The notes beneath the pieces are model-generated. The model was not told the DNA's origin and did not search any database. It was given only the letters and a program-made list of their open reading frames with translations. The translations under genes and the position numbers were made by a program. From Microthyrium microscopicum (Eukaryota), in contig MU004236.1 of assembly GCA_010405405.1 (NCBI GenBank), forward strand, positions 2,238,070-2,302,069: DNA of 64,000 bases, given 5' to 3'. The stretch's first letter is position 1. Each line of letters starts with the position of its first letter. Below are positions 1-13,004 of this stretch, piece after piece.

Positions 1-36
1 GTCGATGGCGGCATGGGTGCGGTTTTCTGGCGCCAT
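1..36 (-). CDS. 5' end of an unidentified gene running off the left edge (MAPENRTHAAID...)
   Basis: Minus strand reads catcatctcGCCACC-ATG-G (strong Kozak-like context, pyrimidine-rich leader) and stays open to position 1. Confidence 0.5.
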   Translation of the reverse strand, partial: MAPENRTHAAID

Positions 37-2069
37 GGTGGCGAGATGATGAAGGTTGTCAGAAACTTGTGGGAACAACTTCGCTGAGATTGGTGGTGAG
101 AACCATAAACAGACTCGGCTTGCGGGTGGGATAGAAAAAGGTGAAGGTGATGTTGAGGTCAACAAACATTCCAACACACATGCACATGCATGTGCACATC
201 AAGATGCACATGCAGTGAAATTGGAGTCATGGTGCCTCAGGCTCCTCATTCACCAGAATCTTGCTGCCTCAGCCTTATCATTCATATCCATTGTACCAGA
301 CCTGTTAGTGACGGCTAGTGATGCTGCTCTGGATTAGAGGGCACACCGTTAATCCGCCAAGACCTAATTATCCAATCAGAGGGCTAGAATCCTACTTATT
401 AAAAACATTAATATCTTAAAGAATTTATAACTTTGTAATTACTTAACTAAATATAATGTTTTTAATATTATTTTAAAGATTAAGACCTATATTAGAATTT
501 AATATTATTTACTACAACTCTTAAATATAATTTATAATACTAACTAATATCTACTAAGTTAATTCTTCCCTAATATAGACTTTAACTTTAATATTAAGTA
601 TATTTAGCTAATCTTTATTATTACTCTCTATTTTAATTAAATTTAATCTCTAGTACTTATAAAATAGCTTATTAAGAACGTCTTCTTTATTAGTAGTAAA
701 TATATACTAATAAACTAGTATAAATAAGTTACTATCTATATAATAAGTACTAAGTTATACTATTATTTAATTAAGCTTTTTACTATTTATATAGCTAAAA
801 ACTAATATATTTACGTAATCTATAATTAATTATATTTAATAAAGATTTTAGACCTAATTAATTACTAAAAATAATTTTTTAAAGGGTATAGAGTTAGCTA
901 TAGTATTAAATAGCCTAATAGTAATACTAAATAACTTTAGACTAGCTATTTAAAAATATTCTTAGAAATATAGTAATTATTAGTAATTCTATACTTTAGC
1001 TTAATTATTAAATATTATAAAAATACTCTATTTATTCCTAAAAACTCTAAATATAAAAGTAACTTCTTTAGCTTCTTTTTAAGCTTTATCTTAATTATCT
1101 TTTAGTATAAAATTATAAGCTTTAAAACGTCTTTTAAAAGCTTAAAGATAAACTAAATAGATACTTATATCTAAAAGTTTTAAAAGATTTATAATAGAGA
1201 AATCTAATATATTAGCTAATTAGTTATTATTAATAATTTACTCTTATAATTATTTCTCTAGAAATTAAAGTAGTTCTTATTAAATACTATAAATTTTAAT
1301 AATTTTAGAATATTTTATAGTAAGTATTAACTAATTAGCTTTAATAGCTTTTTATTCTTAAATTACTTTATCTAAATAGTATTTTAAGCTCTCTAAGCTC
1401 TTTTATATAATATAAAGAGGCTTATAGATTTATTAAAAGAACCTTATATTATACTAAAACTATAAGCTCTTTATAAGCTTAAAAATTAGTTTATTTTTAG
1501 CCTACGCTACTATAATATTACCTAATATGTTTATATAATAAGTAAAAGCTTTAAATATAACTTTACTACGTAAAAGTAATTAAATAATACTAAATTAGGA
1601 CCCTTAATAAGTAATTACTAATAATCTAATACTATTAATTTTACCTATAAGCTTCTAATATTAAAACTTATAAAGTTATTTAAAATATAGCTTCCTTATC
1701 CTAAACTAGACTATAAGCTTAGTAATCTTTACTAAAATAGCTTCTAAAGTAAGAATTCTTTTTAAAATATCTTTTATAAGAAGCTAAAGACTATAAGAAT
1801 TATAAAGTATAAAAGAATACTTCTTAAAAGCTTCTTAAAAGTATTTTAAAAGTATATTTATAATAGTACGTATAATATTATATATATTAAAGCTAATTAA
1901 ATTAATATATATAAGATTTTCTTTAATTTACTTCTCTAAGGTATATAATAGATATATTATTAATACTATAACTATAGCGTATTCTTTACCTAAATTAATA
2001 ACTTTAAGATAGAAAGAACTAAGTACTAATACTATAATATAAAAATTAACTATCTATTAACCTACTTAA

Positions 2070-2429
2070 TGTTAGGAATTAAACCTAATAAACTCTTTAA
2101 GATAAGTATTATGGCCTAAGTACCTTAGCCTAATAGCTATTAGAAGCTAGTAGAGCTACTTCTTTAGCTTTAGTATATTCTATAGTTAAGAGAACTAATA
2201 GGTTCTTAACTATTATAATTAGTAGCTAAGTATATCTTTAAGATACCTTAGCTTATAGATAAACTACTCTAGCTTAGAGAGAAACCTTAGAGGTTCCTAG
2301 GTAATAAGATAGAGGCTAAGGAATTCTCTTATAGTTTCTTAGTAATTACTCCTATCCTTATTTCTATATACTTAATTTATTAAGTATCTTATAACCTTCT
2401 TACCTACTTTATAATTCTAATCTCTAATA
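2070..2429 (+). repeat. 5' LTR (360 bp)
   Basis: Starts TGTTAGGAATT, ends TCTCTAATA (RIPed ...AACA); collinear with 10446-10805; differences I checked are transitions. Confidence 0.93.
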
Positions 2430-5400
2430 TTATAATTACTTCTTACTAATAGAGTACTTATAAAGCTTTTTTTTTAAAATACTATAATTAGTTATAAGTA
2501 ATAAACTAATAAAACCTAAGAGTAAAACCCTTAGAGTAAAACTAGCTAAACTAAATCTAGTTATACTAGATATAGCTATACTAACCTTAGTAAGACTAAG
2601 TAGCTCTATAGATAATCCTACTAATATAGAATAAGCTTATCTAGAACTAGTAGTAAATACGAAAAAGATACTAGAATAACTATAAGCTAAAATATAGTAA
2701 ATATATAATATACTTAAGATTAAATAACTTAAAGTAATAAAAGTAGCCTATAAATATAGAGAACTTTACTTAGTTAAATAAATTAATAAATAGAATTAAT
2801 ATAATACTAGCCTAGCTATTTTAGCCTATATTAAATATAATAACTCTAAATTAGCTTATAATAATAATAAACTATAAATATATAAAGCTAAAAGTCTATA
2901 AAAGTATAAGGATTAAGTCTTTAATATAACTAATATACTTATTATAAAGAAATATAAGAAGGACTTATACCTAGTAGTTCTTTAAGCTTATAATTACCTT
3001 AATAAGAAGGTTATATAACTAACCTAGGATAATTATATTAATTTCTAGACCTAGCTAGCTAAACTAGACTAATATAAACCTATATAAGCCTTTATAGAAT
3101 AATAGGCCCTTAAATTCCTTAGTCTACCTATTAAGAGGCGTTATAAGGCTTTTTAAAGCCTCTTAACTACTATAATAAGGAAAAAAACCTCTTAAGAATA
3201 CTTTAATAAGCTTATACTTCTTTTTTATAAGTATAAGATTAATAATATATTAATTTACTTATTATTTTTTAGTAATAAACTATCTACTTACTTTAGAAAT
3301 AATATAATCTTTAACCTAGACTATATAGTTAAAATAGCTAAAAAAGCCTTATCTTAATATATTTTAAAGTACTTAAAACCTATTAGTAACTAGAAGATAC
3401 TAACTACTTCTAAGAAAAATACTAAAAATAGTAAATCCTCTAAATAGCGTTTAACGTTTATAAATCTAGAGAATAAGACTTAATAAGGTTCCTAAAGAGA
3501 TAAGTTAAAGAAGTTTAGACTAAGCCTTTCTAATAAGGCTTTAAAGCTAAATAAACTAAAGAGTAACGTAATACCTAAAATTAAATAGCTATTCCTTAAT
3601 AACCTTAGTAAAAGCAAGTGCTAGAACTATACTAAGATAAGCTATATAGTTTATAACTACCCTAACCTAAAGCTAAAGAGAATTAAGAAAAAAGACTAAG
3701 CTATAAGATAGCTAACTAAGATCTTATAGCTTTTATTATAAATAATTTAGTCCTTAACTTCCTTAGTAACTTTTATAAGGTTATTATTACTTAAGTCCTA
3801 AAAGTAGTAAAGAATAAAAGAATTCTAAATAAGGAGGTATACTAATTAAAGAAATTATACTAAATTATTCTATAAGGAACTACTTAGAATTAAGTAGGCT
3901 AAAATTATACGCTATAGAGTATAATAATAAATAATAGAGCTTATTTTAATATTATAAACTACGCCTTAGCTAAGAAGCTTTAATTAAAGATATATTATCT
4001 TTTAGAAAAGTTAGCTAAGTACCTAAATAGTATACTTATAGCTATCTATAAAGTAGTAACTATTAAAGTTATAATAGTTAACTTTAATAAAATCCTAAAG
4101 ACTAATAAGGTATTATTTTATATTATAGACTTATTATACTATATAATTATTATAAAAATACCTTAGCTTAAAAACTAAAACCTTTTATTAAACTTTAAAG
4201 CTAAGACTTTATTCTTTATTTATCTAGAAGATAACTATTATAATAAAATTAGCTCTATCTCTTTAGAGAAGTTACTCTAATTAAGTTAAGATAAATTTAC
4301 TTAGTTCTTTAAGTATTTAGTAGATTTATTAGACTATACTAGCTTATAAGACTTACTATATTACTATAAGGAGCTTATAGAGGCCTTTAGTAAGGATAAA
4401 GCATAAGATTTAGTAGAATATAGTTTATAAAACCTAGCTATTAACTTTAAGCTAGATATAAGTATATCCTATTAGCTTATTTATAGCCTATTAAAAGTAG
4501 AACTAGTTATTCTATATAAATACTTTAAGAAAGATTTTAAGAGAAGATTTATTTATAAATTTTAGTCTCTTACTAGAGCCCTAATTATCTTTATAAAAAA
4601 AAAAGATAGTACTTTATATTTATATATAGACTATAGAAACTTAAATAATATTATAGTTAAGGACTATTATACTCTACTACTAATTAAAGAGTTATTAGAC
4701 TAACTATTAAGAGCTAAGCTCTTTATAAGCCTAGACTTTTATAAAGTATACTATTATATTTATATTTATACTAGTAATAAGTAGAAAATAGCGTTCTAAA
4801 CTAAATATAAGTTCTTTAAGTACTAAATAATACCTTTTAAGCTTATTAACGCTCTTACTACTTTTTAAGTATATATTAACTAAGCCCTATATAGCTTTAT
4901 TAATATAACTTATATTATCTATCTTAATAATATCCTTATCTTCTTTAAGAATAAAGAAGATTATATTAAATATATAAAGAAGATACTTAAATAACTTATT
5001 AAGTTTAAGTTATACGCTAAGCTATTAAAATATAGTTTCTATATAGACTAAATTAAGTACTTTAAATATATTATAACCTTAAATAATACTATAGTAGAAC
5101 TAGAATAAATTATAATAATTATAAATTAGCTAATACTATATAATATATATTAAGTAAGAGAGTTTATTAGCTTTATAAACTACTATTAATATTTTATTAC
5201 TAATTTTTTTTATATTACTTCCTTATTAAACTCTTTAACTAAGAAGCTTTTAAGGTAAGCTCTAAAAGGTTAATAACTACGTAATAAGGAATTAGTTCCT
5301 ATTAACTTTTCTCTTAAAGCTATTTAATTCTTTAATAACCTAAAGGCTACCTTTATACGCGTATTAATTCTTACTTACTATAATTCTATATTAGAGACCT

Positions 5401-8299
5401 ATCTAAAGATAGATACTTCTAAGTAAATAATTTATAGTATTTTAAGCTAGAAGTAAACTAAGTTAAGCTAAGAAAGCTAATAGTAACTTATAGCGTTCTA
5501 CTTAAGGAAGTTATTAGAACCTAAGAGTTACTATAAGACTTTATAGTAAAAGTTCCTAGTTATTATTAACTTTATAAGGGTCTTTTATAAGTACCTATAT
5601 AATATTTTAAAGTTCTTAGTCTTAATAAATTATATAAACTTTTATTTACTTAATACGTTCTAAAATATTTTTACTATATATATAAGATAAGTAAATTTCC
5701 TTACTAAGTTTAAGTTTAATATTAAGTACTATTTAGAGAAGATAAACTCTATAGATAGACTCTTATAAAGACTAGACTATATCTCTTTAAGTAATATAGA
5801 ATAGAAAAGAACTATAAATACCTTATTAAACTTTATTTAAGATAAACTATAACTATTTAAGGCTCTTAAGCTTAATAAAGACTTAATTAGGTTTATTAAC
5901 GCCTTAGTTATATTTATTAGTACCTTATTATAGTACTTAAGAAATAATTCTTAGGAAGTAGATATTATTACTACGTTAAATATACTTAATAGCTTTCTTA
6001 CTAAGCTAATAAAAGATAAATAGACCTATCTATAAATAGAGATTACTATAAAGGATAGTAAAGTCTAAGTTTTTTAATATTTCTATAATAATCTTTTAAA
6101 AGGAGGTTATAGAGGCTAATATAAAACATTAGAGAAAATTTAATACTATTATATTTAGGATAATATTAATAAGAATATTTAAGAGTACTATATAGTTTAT
6201 TTAGAGTATAAATAAAATATATCTATTAAATAAAGCTAAAATAAGCTCTTTTTATCTTTACTAGTACTAATAGCTTTCTAGGAAGATATTATAGTTAATT
6301 TTATTACTAACTTGCTCTTAAGTATTTTTTAAAAGTAGCTATATAACTCTATTATAGTAGTTATTTATAAACTAACTAAAATAGCTTATTATATACCTTA
6401 TTATAAAGATATAGACGTAAATAATCTTACTAAGCTTTTTTTATATAAAGTAGTATAACTTTATAACGTACTAAATATAATTATATTTAATAGAGGCTCT
6501 ATATTTATCTTTAAGTTCTAGAATATATTCCTTTACTACTTAGGGATCTAATAGAAGCTATTTACTATATTTTAACCCTAAATAGATAAGTAAATAGAGT
6601 ATTAAAACTAAGAGATTAAGTACTATTTATATATTTACTATAGCTAGGAGTAAGATAATTAGGCTAAAAAGCTTAATCCTATAGAGTTTATATATAATAA
6701 TAATATATATAGCTTAATTAGTATTACTCTATTTATAGTATATATAAGTAGATATCTATATATACTAAAAGTACTTAAAGAGTACTTAATAGGTACTATT
6801 TTTAATATAAAGAAACTAGTAGAATATATTCTATTCCTTTAGAGAGCCTTTTAGGCTTATTTAGAGAACGTTTAAACTCTATAAGCTAAATACTATAATA
6901 AAGGCTATAAGGACGTTACCTTAAAAGTAAATAACTAAGTTCTACTTAATATAAAGAATATTAGAATAGTTAAGTCTAAAAAGAAATTAGATATTAAGTA
7001 TATAAGCTTCTTTAAAGTAATAGAAATTATTAACTATAATATATATTATATTAACTTACTTAAAAGTACTCTAGTTTATAACGTCTTCTATATCTTTTTA
7101 TTATAATAATATATATCTAATATATACTTCTTATAGTAAATAGTCTTACTTTAGGAAACTTTAGACTTTAAGGAGACTAACTACTATAAGGTTAAAGGTA
7201 TAATTAGATATAAGGTTAATAAAGATAATACTTATTACTATAAAGTAAAGTAGAAAAATTACTTTACGTCTAAAGTAAGCTAAAAACTTACTAATAACTT
7301 TTTCTTAGTTATGCTAAAGTACTACTAAAAGAAATTAAAAAAAAAGAGTATTTCCTTAGCTAAATTAGCTTTAATAAAAGTAACTAAATATAAATTAGAA
7401 TAACTTAACTTAGATAAACTCTATTTAAAGCTTAAGAAGCTAAGGAAATATTTAAAGAAGTCTTTAGTGCTTATTAAACCTATACTAGCTAAGAAAGAGC
7501 TAAGTAGACTAAAATAATTATAATAAAACTTAAGATAAGCCTTTTTTTATAGAGAGGATAAGTATAAAAGCATAGTTACTCTATAGTATATATAGATATA
7601 TAATAATAATTTACCTTACTTATAATTAAAATAAGCCTATTTAAATAAAACTAAATAGTACTTAGATAGTACTATTATAATACTTTAGAATAAATAAGTT
7701 CTTATAAATATATATATAAATATAGTTTAAATAGAAAAGACTTAGAGAAAATTTAGAACTAAATATAGAACTAATTTTAAACCTAAACCTAAAACTATTA
7801 GTATTACTTTAGCTTTACTTATTAACTCTTAAAGAGGTACTCTTTAAATATCTTAAAATAATAATTTTAGGTTTATAAGAATATATTCCTAGGTACTATC
7901 TAGGTTTATAAGAGAGGACTTAGAAATTTAAGAAAGTATTTTATTAAAAGAAACTATTTTATACTATTTATATAAATTAATTTAAATAGAACTTAATAGC
8001 TACTAAGTACTAATAAATAGCTTATAATAAACCTAAAATATAATTAATTTTACTTATTAGATACTAAATATATTAACCTAATATTAGATATATCTACTAA
8101 ATACTATATCTATTCTTTAGACTCTTTAGACTCTTTAGACTCTAAATTATTATTCTTAGAATTAATCTAACCTATTATAACTAAATAATAATAAAGAACT
8201 ACTTACTTATTTATTCTAAGCTTATATTTATTAATCTAGCTTTAAAAGATTATAAACTAACTTATATTAAAAGCCTTTTTCTTTTTTTTAGTACTATTA

Positions 8300-9750
8300 G
8301 CCTATTAAGAAGTAAGTATCTTTATAATATTAGTAAGATTACTAATTTAATATAATAAAGTATCTATAACTTAGAATAGAGTTAGTTAGAATCTAAGTAA
8401 TATAATTAAAGTACTTATACTCTTCTAGCTACTATTTATAAGTAGTTTAAATCTATAATAATAAGTATAGAGGTTATTATAGTACTTAATATAAGTAATA
8501 CTAATAATAGCTTTAAGTAGAGCTACTTTAGAGTAATAGGTAGCCTTTTTAGTTATAAGGATCTTTTTATTATTTCTATAATATACTAGTATTATATAGA
8601 TACTATTATATTTATCCTTAGTAATACTAAAATATAGAGGAAAGGTATTATTTATAGTATTAATATAAATATACCTATTTATATTAGTTTAAGCCTAAGT
8701 ATAATAAGAAGGTTTACTTATGTCTAAATAGCTTCTATGACGTTTTTATTAGTAATATAAACTACCTTTTTAGTATAAAGGAGCTAACTTATATTATACT
8801 TACTTAGATTATTATTATAGGTTTACTAATAAAGTACGTAGACCTTTATTATATTATAATGCTTTTAAAGGAAGTCCTTAATAATATTCTTCTTATAAGG
8901 AATAACCTAAAAAATAATTAGTAATAATTAGATTTAAATTAAATTAATTAGGAATAACTTACTTTAAGATACTACTAATAAGACTTAGTAATCTTATAGG
9001 TTATATAGTAGTAACTATCTTAAATCTTAAAGGCTAATATATAGTCCTTAGAAGCTATATAGTACTAATTCTTTAGATTAGTATATAAAAAGATTTTAGT
9101 GTATACTTTAGTATATTACTAATATAGATTAAGTATAAGAAACTATTTAATAATTAACTTAGCCTTATTCTTATATAGAATAAACTTATCTATGTTAGAT
9201 AGTTCTATCTTATTATTATTAGAGTTATATAGAAGACGTTTACTACTTAACTAACTATAATTAATTAATATGTTATAAATAAAGAAAGTTTAGTATAATT
9301 TAAACTAAGCCTAAGCCTTATTAATATATATAATACTATTATTATATATTTACTTTATATTAGGCTAAGAAGATTTAGATTTATTATTATAGTTATACTT
9401 AAGAGCTTTTCTTTTCTTTTTAGCCTAAGTAGTATTCTTTTTAATTTCCTTAGATTTAGAAGGTTCTAAAGAGGAGTAGCCTAAACTTAATAGTTTAATA
9501 TAGTTATTATTAGTATTAATTTAAGTACTATTAATAAATTTAATCTTATTAGTTATCTTTTTAGTAATATTAGTATTAGTAGAATTAGCTAGTTTTATAA
9601 CGCTAGTAATTAAAGTCTTTAGTAAAGTAATAGTATCCTTAGAGACTTTAGAGGTATCCTTAGAGACCTTAGAAGTATTAGATAGAGATAAATTAAGTCT
9701 ATTTAGAGCCTTATTAGTTCTTGCTTTATCTTTTATAGTAGCTATTAGAG
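8300..9750 (-). pseudogene. RIP-destroyed extra ORF antisense to pol inside the Gypsy element (boundaries approximate)
   Basis: One minus-strand frame reads coherently when TAA/TAG are treated as RIPed CAA/CAG/TGG: a tandem 'KVSKDT' (EVSEDT de-RIPed) repeat at ~9635-9675, an acidic/Ser stretch, then KKKRKA at ~9405-9422. Confidence 0.45.
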
Positions 9751-10445
9751 AGAATAGATATAAAAGAGTATAAAATATATTAAGTAGATTTATAAGAAAG
9801 CTACTAGTAAAATATTAGAACTACTAGCTAAGACTTATTTTTATACTATAGCTCTATTTATAAAGGTTAGCTTTACTTAGTTAGCTAGAGTTTACTTAGA
9901 TATATACCTTAATTCTATAAAAGTAGGATAAAGAAGAATTAGAAGAAGTATATAATTATAAAATTAAATATACTTTATTTAATACTTTTCTACTTAATTA
10001 GGTTAATAAAAGGTAAATACTTACTTTATTAAGTACTTTCTATTAAGGAAAGCTTTAATATTAATCCTTATTATAAGTAAAGATTCTAAAGAGAAAAGTT
10101 ACCTTTAGTAGGTAATAATCTATAAATTAGGTAAGCTTAAGGTAATAGCCTAAGGAAACTTAAAAATGCTTAAGTCCTTAATAAACCTAGATAAACCTAA
10201 ATAGATACCTAATAGTAATATTTAGCTTTATAAATTATTATTTAAGGAATACCTCTTTAAGTAATATTTAAAACTAATAATAGGTTCGTTAAGATTTACT
10301 AAGATTATTATTTAGCTAGCTAGATAGTAGCTAAGTAGTTTATACTATTATAATATAATATACTTTAAAGTATATTAATACTATTAGAACGTAGTTAATC
10401 CTTTAGAGACTTATAAGAATGTTTAGGTCTTTATTAAAGAAATAA

Positions 10446-10805
10446 TATTAGGAATTAAATTTAATAAATTCTCTAAGATAAGCATTATAGCTTAAGTACC
10501 TTAGCTTAATAGCTATTAGAAGCTAGTAAAGCTATTTTTTTAGTTTTAGTATATTCTATAATTAAAAGAACTAATAAGTTCTTAACTATTATAATTAGTA
10601 GTTAAGTATATCTTTAAGGTACCTTAGCTTATAGATAAACTACTCTAGCTTAGAAAAGAACCTTAGAGGTTTCTAGGTAATAAGATAGAGACTAAGGAAT
10701 TCCTTTATAGTTCCTTAGTAATTACTCTTATTCTTATTTCTATATACTTAATCTATTAAGTATCTTATAACTTTCTTACTTACTCTATAACTCTAATCTC
10801 TAATA
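10446..10805 (+). repeat. 3' LTR (360 bp)
   Basis: Starts TATTAGGAATT (RIPed TGTT), preceded by a purine-rich tract AAAGAAATAA (RIPed polypurine tract), followed by TSD CTTAA. Confidence 0.93.
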
Positions 10806-11808
10806 CTTAATCTACGCTTTTATTTAATAAGAAGTTTAAGAAAGATTAGTATTTAAGTATAGCTTTTAGCTTTATAAAATCCTTATTATAGATATTCTTA
10901 ATAAAATCTAGTACTTAATACCTTAATAATAGTAAATAAGTAGAAATATCTACTAATTAAGTACTTTTAACTTTATATACGTAAATAATAAAATAGTATA
11001 TTTTATTATAAGAATTTAAAGGAAGTACTTCTTAAATAATCCTCTTTATATAGTATTTATTTTATTATATTTACTTTTAAGTATATAAAATAGCTATAGA
11101 AGCTTAAATCTTAATAAGTAAAGCCTATAAGGAAGCTATAAGATAACTCTCTTTATAAGTATATTTCTTAAAATAATTAAAATCTTAATTTAGCTAATAT
11201 TAATAATAATAATAAGAATATTAAGGTATTATAGTAATATTAATATTTAGGAGTAATATCTAGTATTATAAAAAATCTACTTATTTTTATAAAGTTTAAT
11301 TTAGCCTTTTATAGTGTAATATAGTAAAAAATAATAAAGAAATTAATTAAAGATTATAATATTCTTAGAGATAGATTAATAATATAAATATACTTTAAAT
11401 TACTAAAAGATTAATATTATTATATAGAGTATAATAAGATAAATATATAAATATTAAAAAATTTTTATTTTAGGACCTAAATACTATTAAAATTATTTAG
11501 TAATATTAAGACTAATCTTTATAAAGTTATTATAATATAATAGGAGAGAAGTTAATTAGAACTAATCCTATACTAACCTTAATAGAGTTCTAAAAATACT
11601 AAATCTATTATATATCTTCTTATTATACTAATTAAATATATTAATCTACGTAAATCTAGTACACCTATATTATAATAAGGTATACTATAGATTAGGGTAT
11701 ATAGATTAAGTACCTTAATCCGTATTACTAGTAACGGCCCTTAACTAATTTTAGTCTCCTCTTAGCTTTAGCTCTTTCTACTAAAGATTAGTAACTTAAA
11801 TAGAGATA

Positions 11809-12030
11809 CTGTAGCTAATTCTATATCTATAACATTAGCTAGCCTGTTTGGGCTAGCCTTAATTCCTAAATTTAGTAATTCTCCTTACTAACTTTAAGGG
11901 ACTCTCTACTCTAGAACTTAGAATATATTAGGTAGGGTTGCCTAAAATTAGTAATTAGAATTACTAAATTTAGATATTAAGGCTAGCCCAAATAGGCTAG
12001 CTAATGTTACAGATATAGGATTAGCTACAG
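11809..12030. mobile_element. 222-bp MITE/fold-back element with ~74-bp terminal inverted repeats
   Basis: 11809-11882 (CTGTAGCTAATTCTATATCTATAACATTAGCTAGCCTGTTTGGGCTAGCC...) is the near-perfect reverse complement of 11957-12030 (...GGCTAGCCCAAATAGGCTAGCTAATGTTACAGATATAGGATTAGCTACAG); no perfect TSD. Confidence 0.8.
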
Positions 12031-12092
12031 AAGACAATAATACTTTTTTTCTAGAGTAGTTTAGTTCTATAATCTATATTTTAGCTTTTATA

Positions 12093-12869
12093 CCTTAGCG
12101 GTATACCCTAGGTAGATAAACTATAAATAAACCGTAGATATACTATTTATATAAATAAACCGTTTGAGCTAGATAGGCGTTTTTTGTTCCGTTAGTTTTG
12201 CTTAATAATTAATATTATTAAGCAGTTAAAACGTATTTAATGATTAGTAAGAGTAAACCGTTAGCCAAAATAAACTATTTGGCCAAAATAAACCATTAAT
12301 TAACCTGCTTAATTAGCAAAAATCCTTAAGCCAAAAAAAAAGTCAAGCTAGATTTAATTGATCCTGGACTTACTTTGATGAAATACTATTTATTTATCTA
12401 ATTGTAGTTTGTGCTTCTTACGGGAATTAAACAGGTAGCAGGCTACGAAACGGAAAGGCATTTAAAAGAGGCGTTACTAGGCTTAAAGTAGCTAGACTAT
12501 TACGCTAATGTGCATGAAATCTAGGCAAATCTACAAGGATATATTGAGAAACTAAAAATAAAGTGCACATCATTGGATCATATAGTGCTTAGCTCTTAGC
12601 AAGAGTTTCTACTAATAAAACTTCCTGCCAAAATAAACCTTTCCTCAACCACTACTAAACCGTTTATCATTACCAACCTTTATAATATAATAAACCTTTA
12701 GCTATTTAGAATGGTTTAAACACGTTTAACAGTTTACATTATCTAACGGTTCATAAGATACAATAGTTAGCTAATTCTAGCTGTCTTTTACTAATAAACT
12801 GGCTACCAGCCATTTATTTTGGCTCAACCGCCCATTAACGGTTAACGTTCATATGGTGTGCCGCTAAGG
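12093..12869. mobile_element. Non-autonomous Tc1/mariner (pogo/Fot1-like) element, 777 bp
   Basis: TA|CCTTAGCGGTATACC ... GGTGTGCCGCTAAGG|TA: 15-bp TIRs (left copy has two C>T changes), TA target duplication, several internal AAATAAACC(G) repeats, no ORF. Confidence 0.8.
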
Positions 12870-13004
12870 TACTCATTGAGTATCAAATTCATGTTTTACG
12901 ACAACAGCAGATTTTAGTAGTATAATTCAATAGGTACCAATAGCAAGTATGGCCTAGCCGCAACAGCAGTCACAAACAGTCTCTTGAACCCAATCTCAAC
13001 AGCC

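Larger units (their letters stand above)
2070..10805 (+). mobile_element. Full-length RIP-inactivated Ty3/Gypsy (chromovirus) LTR retrotransposon nested in the hAT
   Basis: Two 360-bp LTRs (2070-2429, 10446-10805) with 5-bp TSD CTTAA (2065-2069, 10806-10810). After reversing RIP, the motifs read in Gypsy order: Gag CCHC knuckle (~3619-3660), protease D-S-G-A-like (~3925), RT '[24 protein letters not shown]' (~4565-4640) and YLDD (~4920), RNase H TDAS (~5410), integrase SDRG (~6485) and PQTDGQTE (~6575), chromodomain (~7185-7320). Confidence 0.93.
316..11730. mobile_element. RIP-degraded hAT-family DNA transposon (~2.67 kb once the nested retroelement is removed)
   Basis: Left end TAGTGATGC (316-324); right end GTATTACTA (11722-11730), whose reverse complement TAGTAATAC is the RIPed form of the left end; 8-bp TSD GTGACGGC (308-315) / GTAACGGC (11731-11738, one TG>TA change); both subtermini carry a GATTA..TAATCC motif. 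An 8-bp TSD and TAG start fit hAT. Transposase motifs are too mutated to read confidently. Confidence 0.75.

Noticed and set aside
56..337. 93-aa ORF from the track
   Set aside because: TTG start, low-complexity content, overlaps the leader of the minus-strand gene and runs into the TE terminus.
11700..11732. Hairpin followed by CTAG-T resembling a Helitron 3' end
   Set aside because: The same bases are better explained as the right TIR of a hAT, with a matching left TIR and an 8-bp TSD; no Rep/helicase motifs seen.
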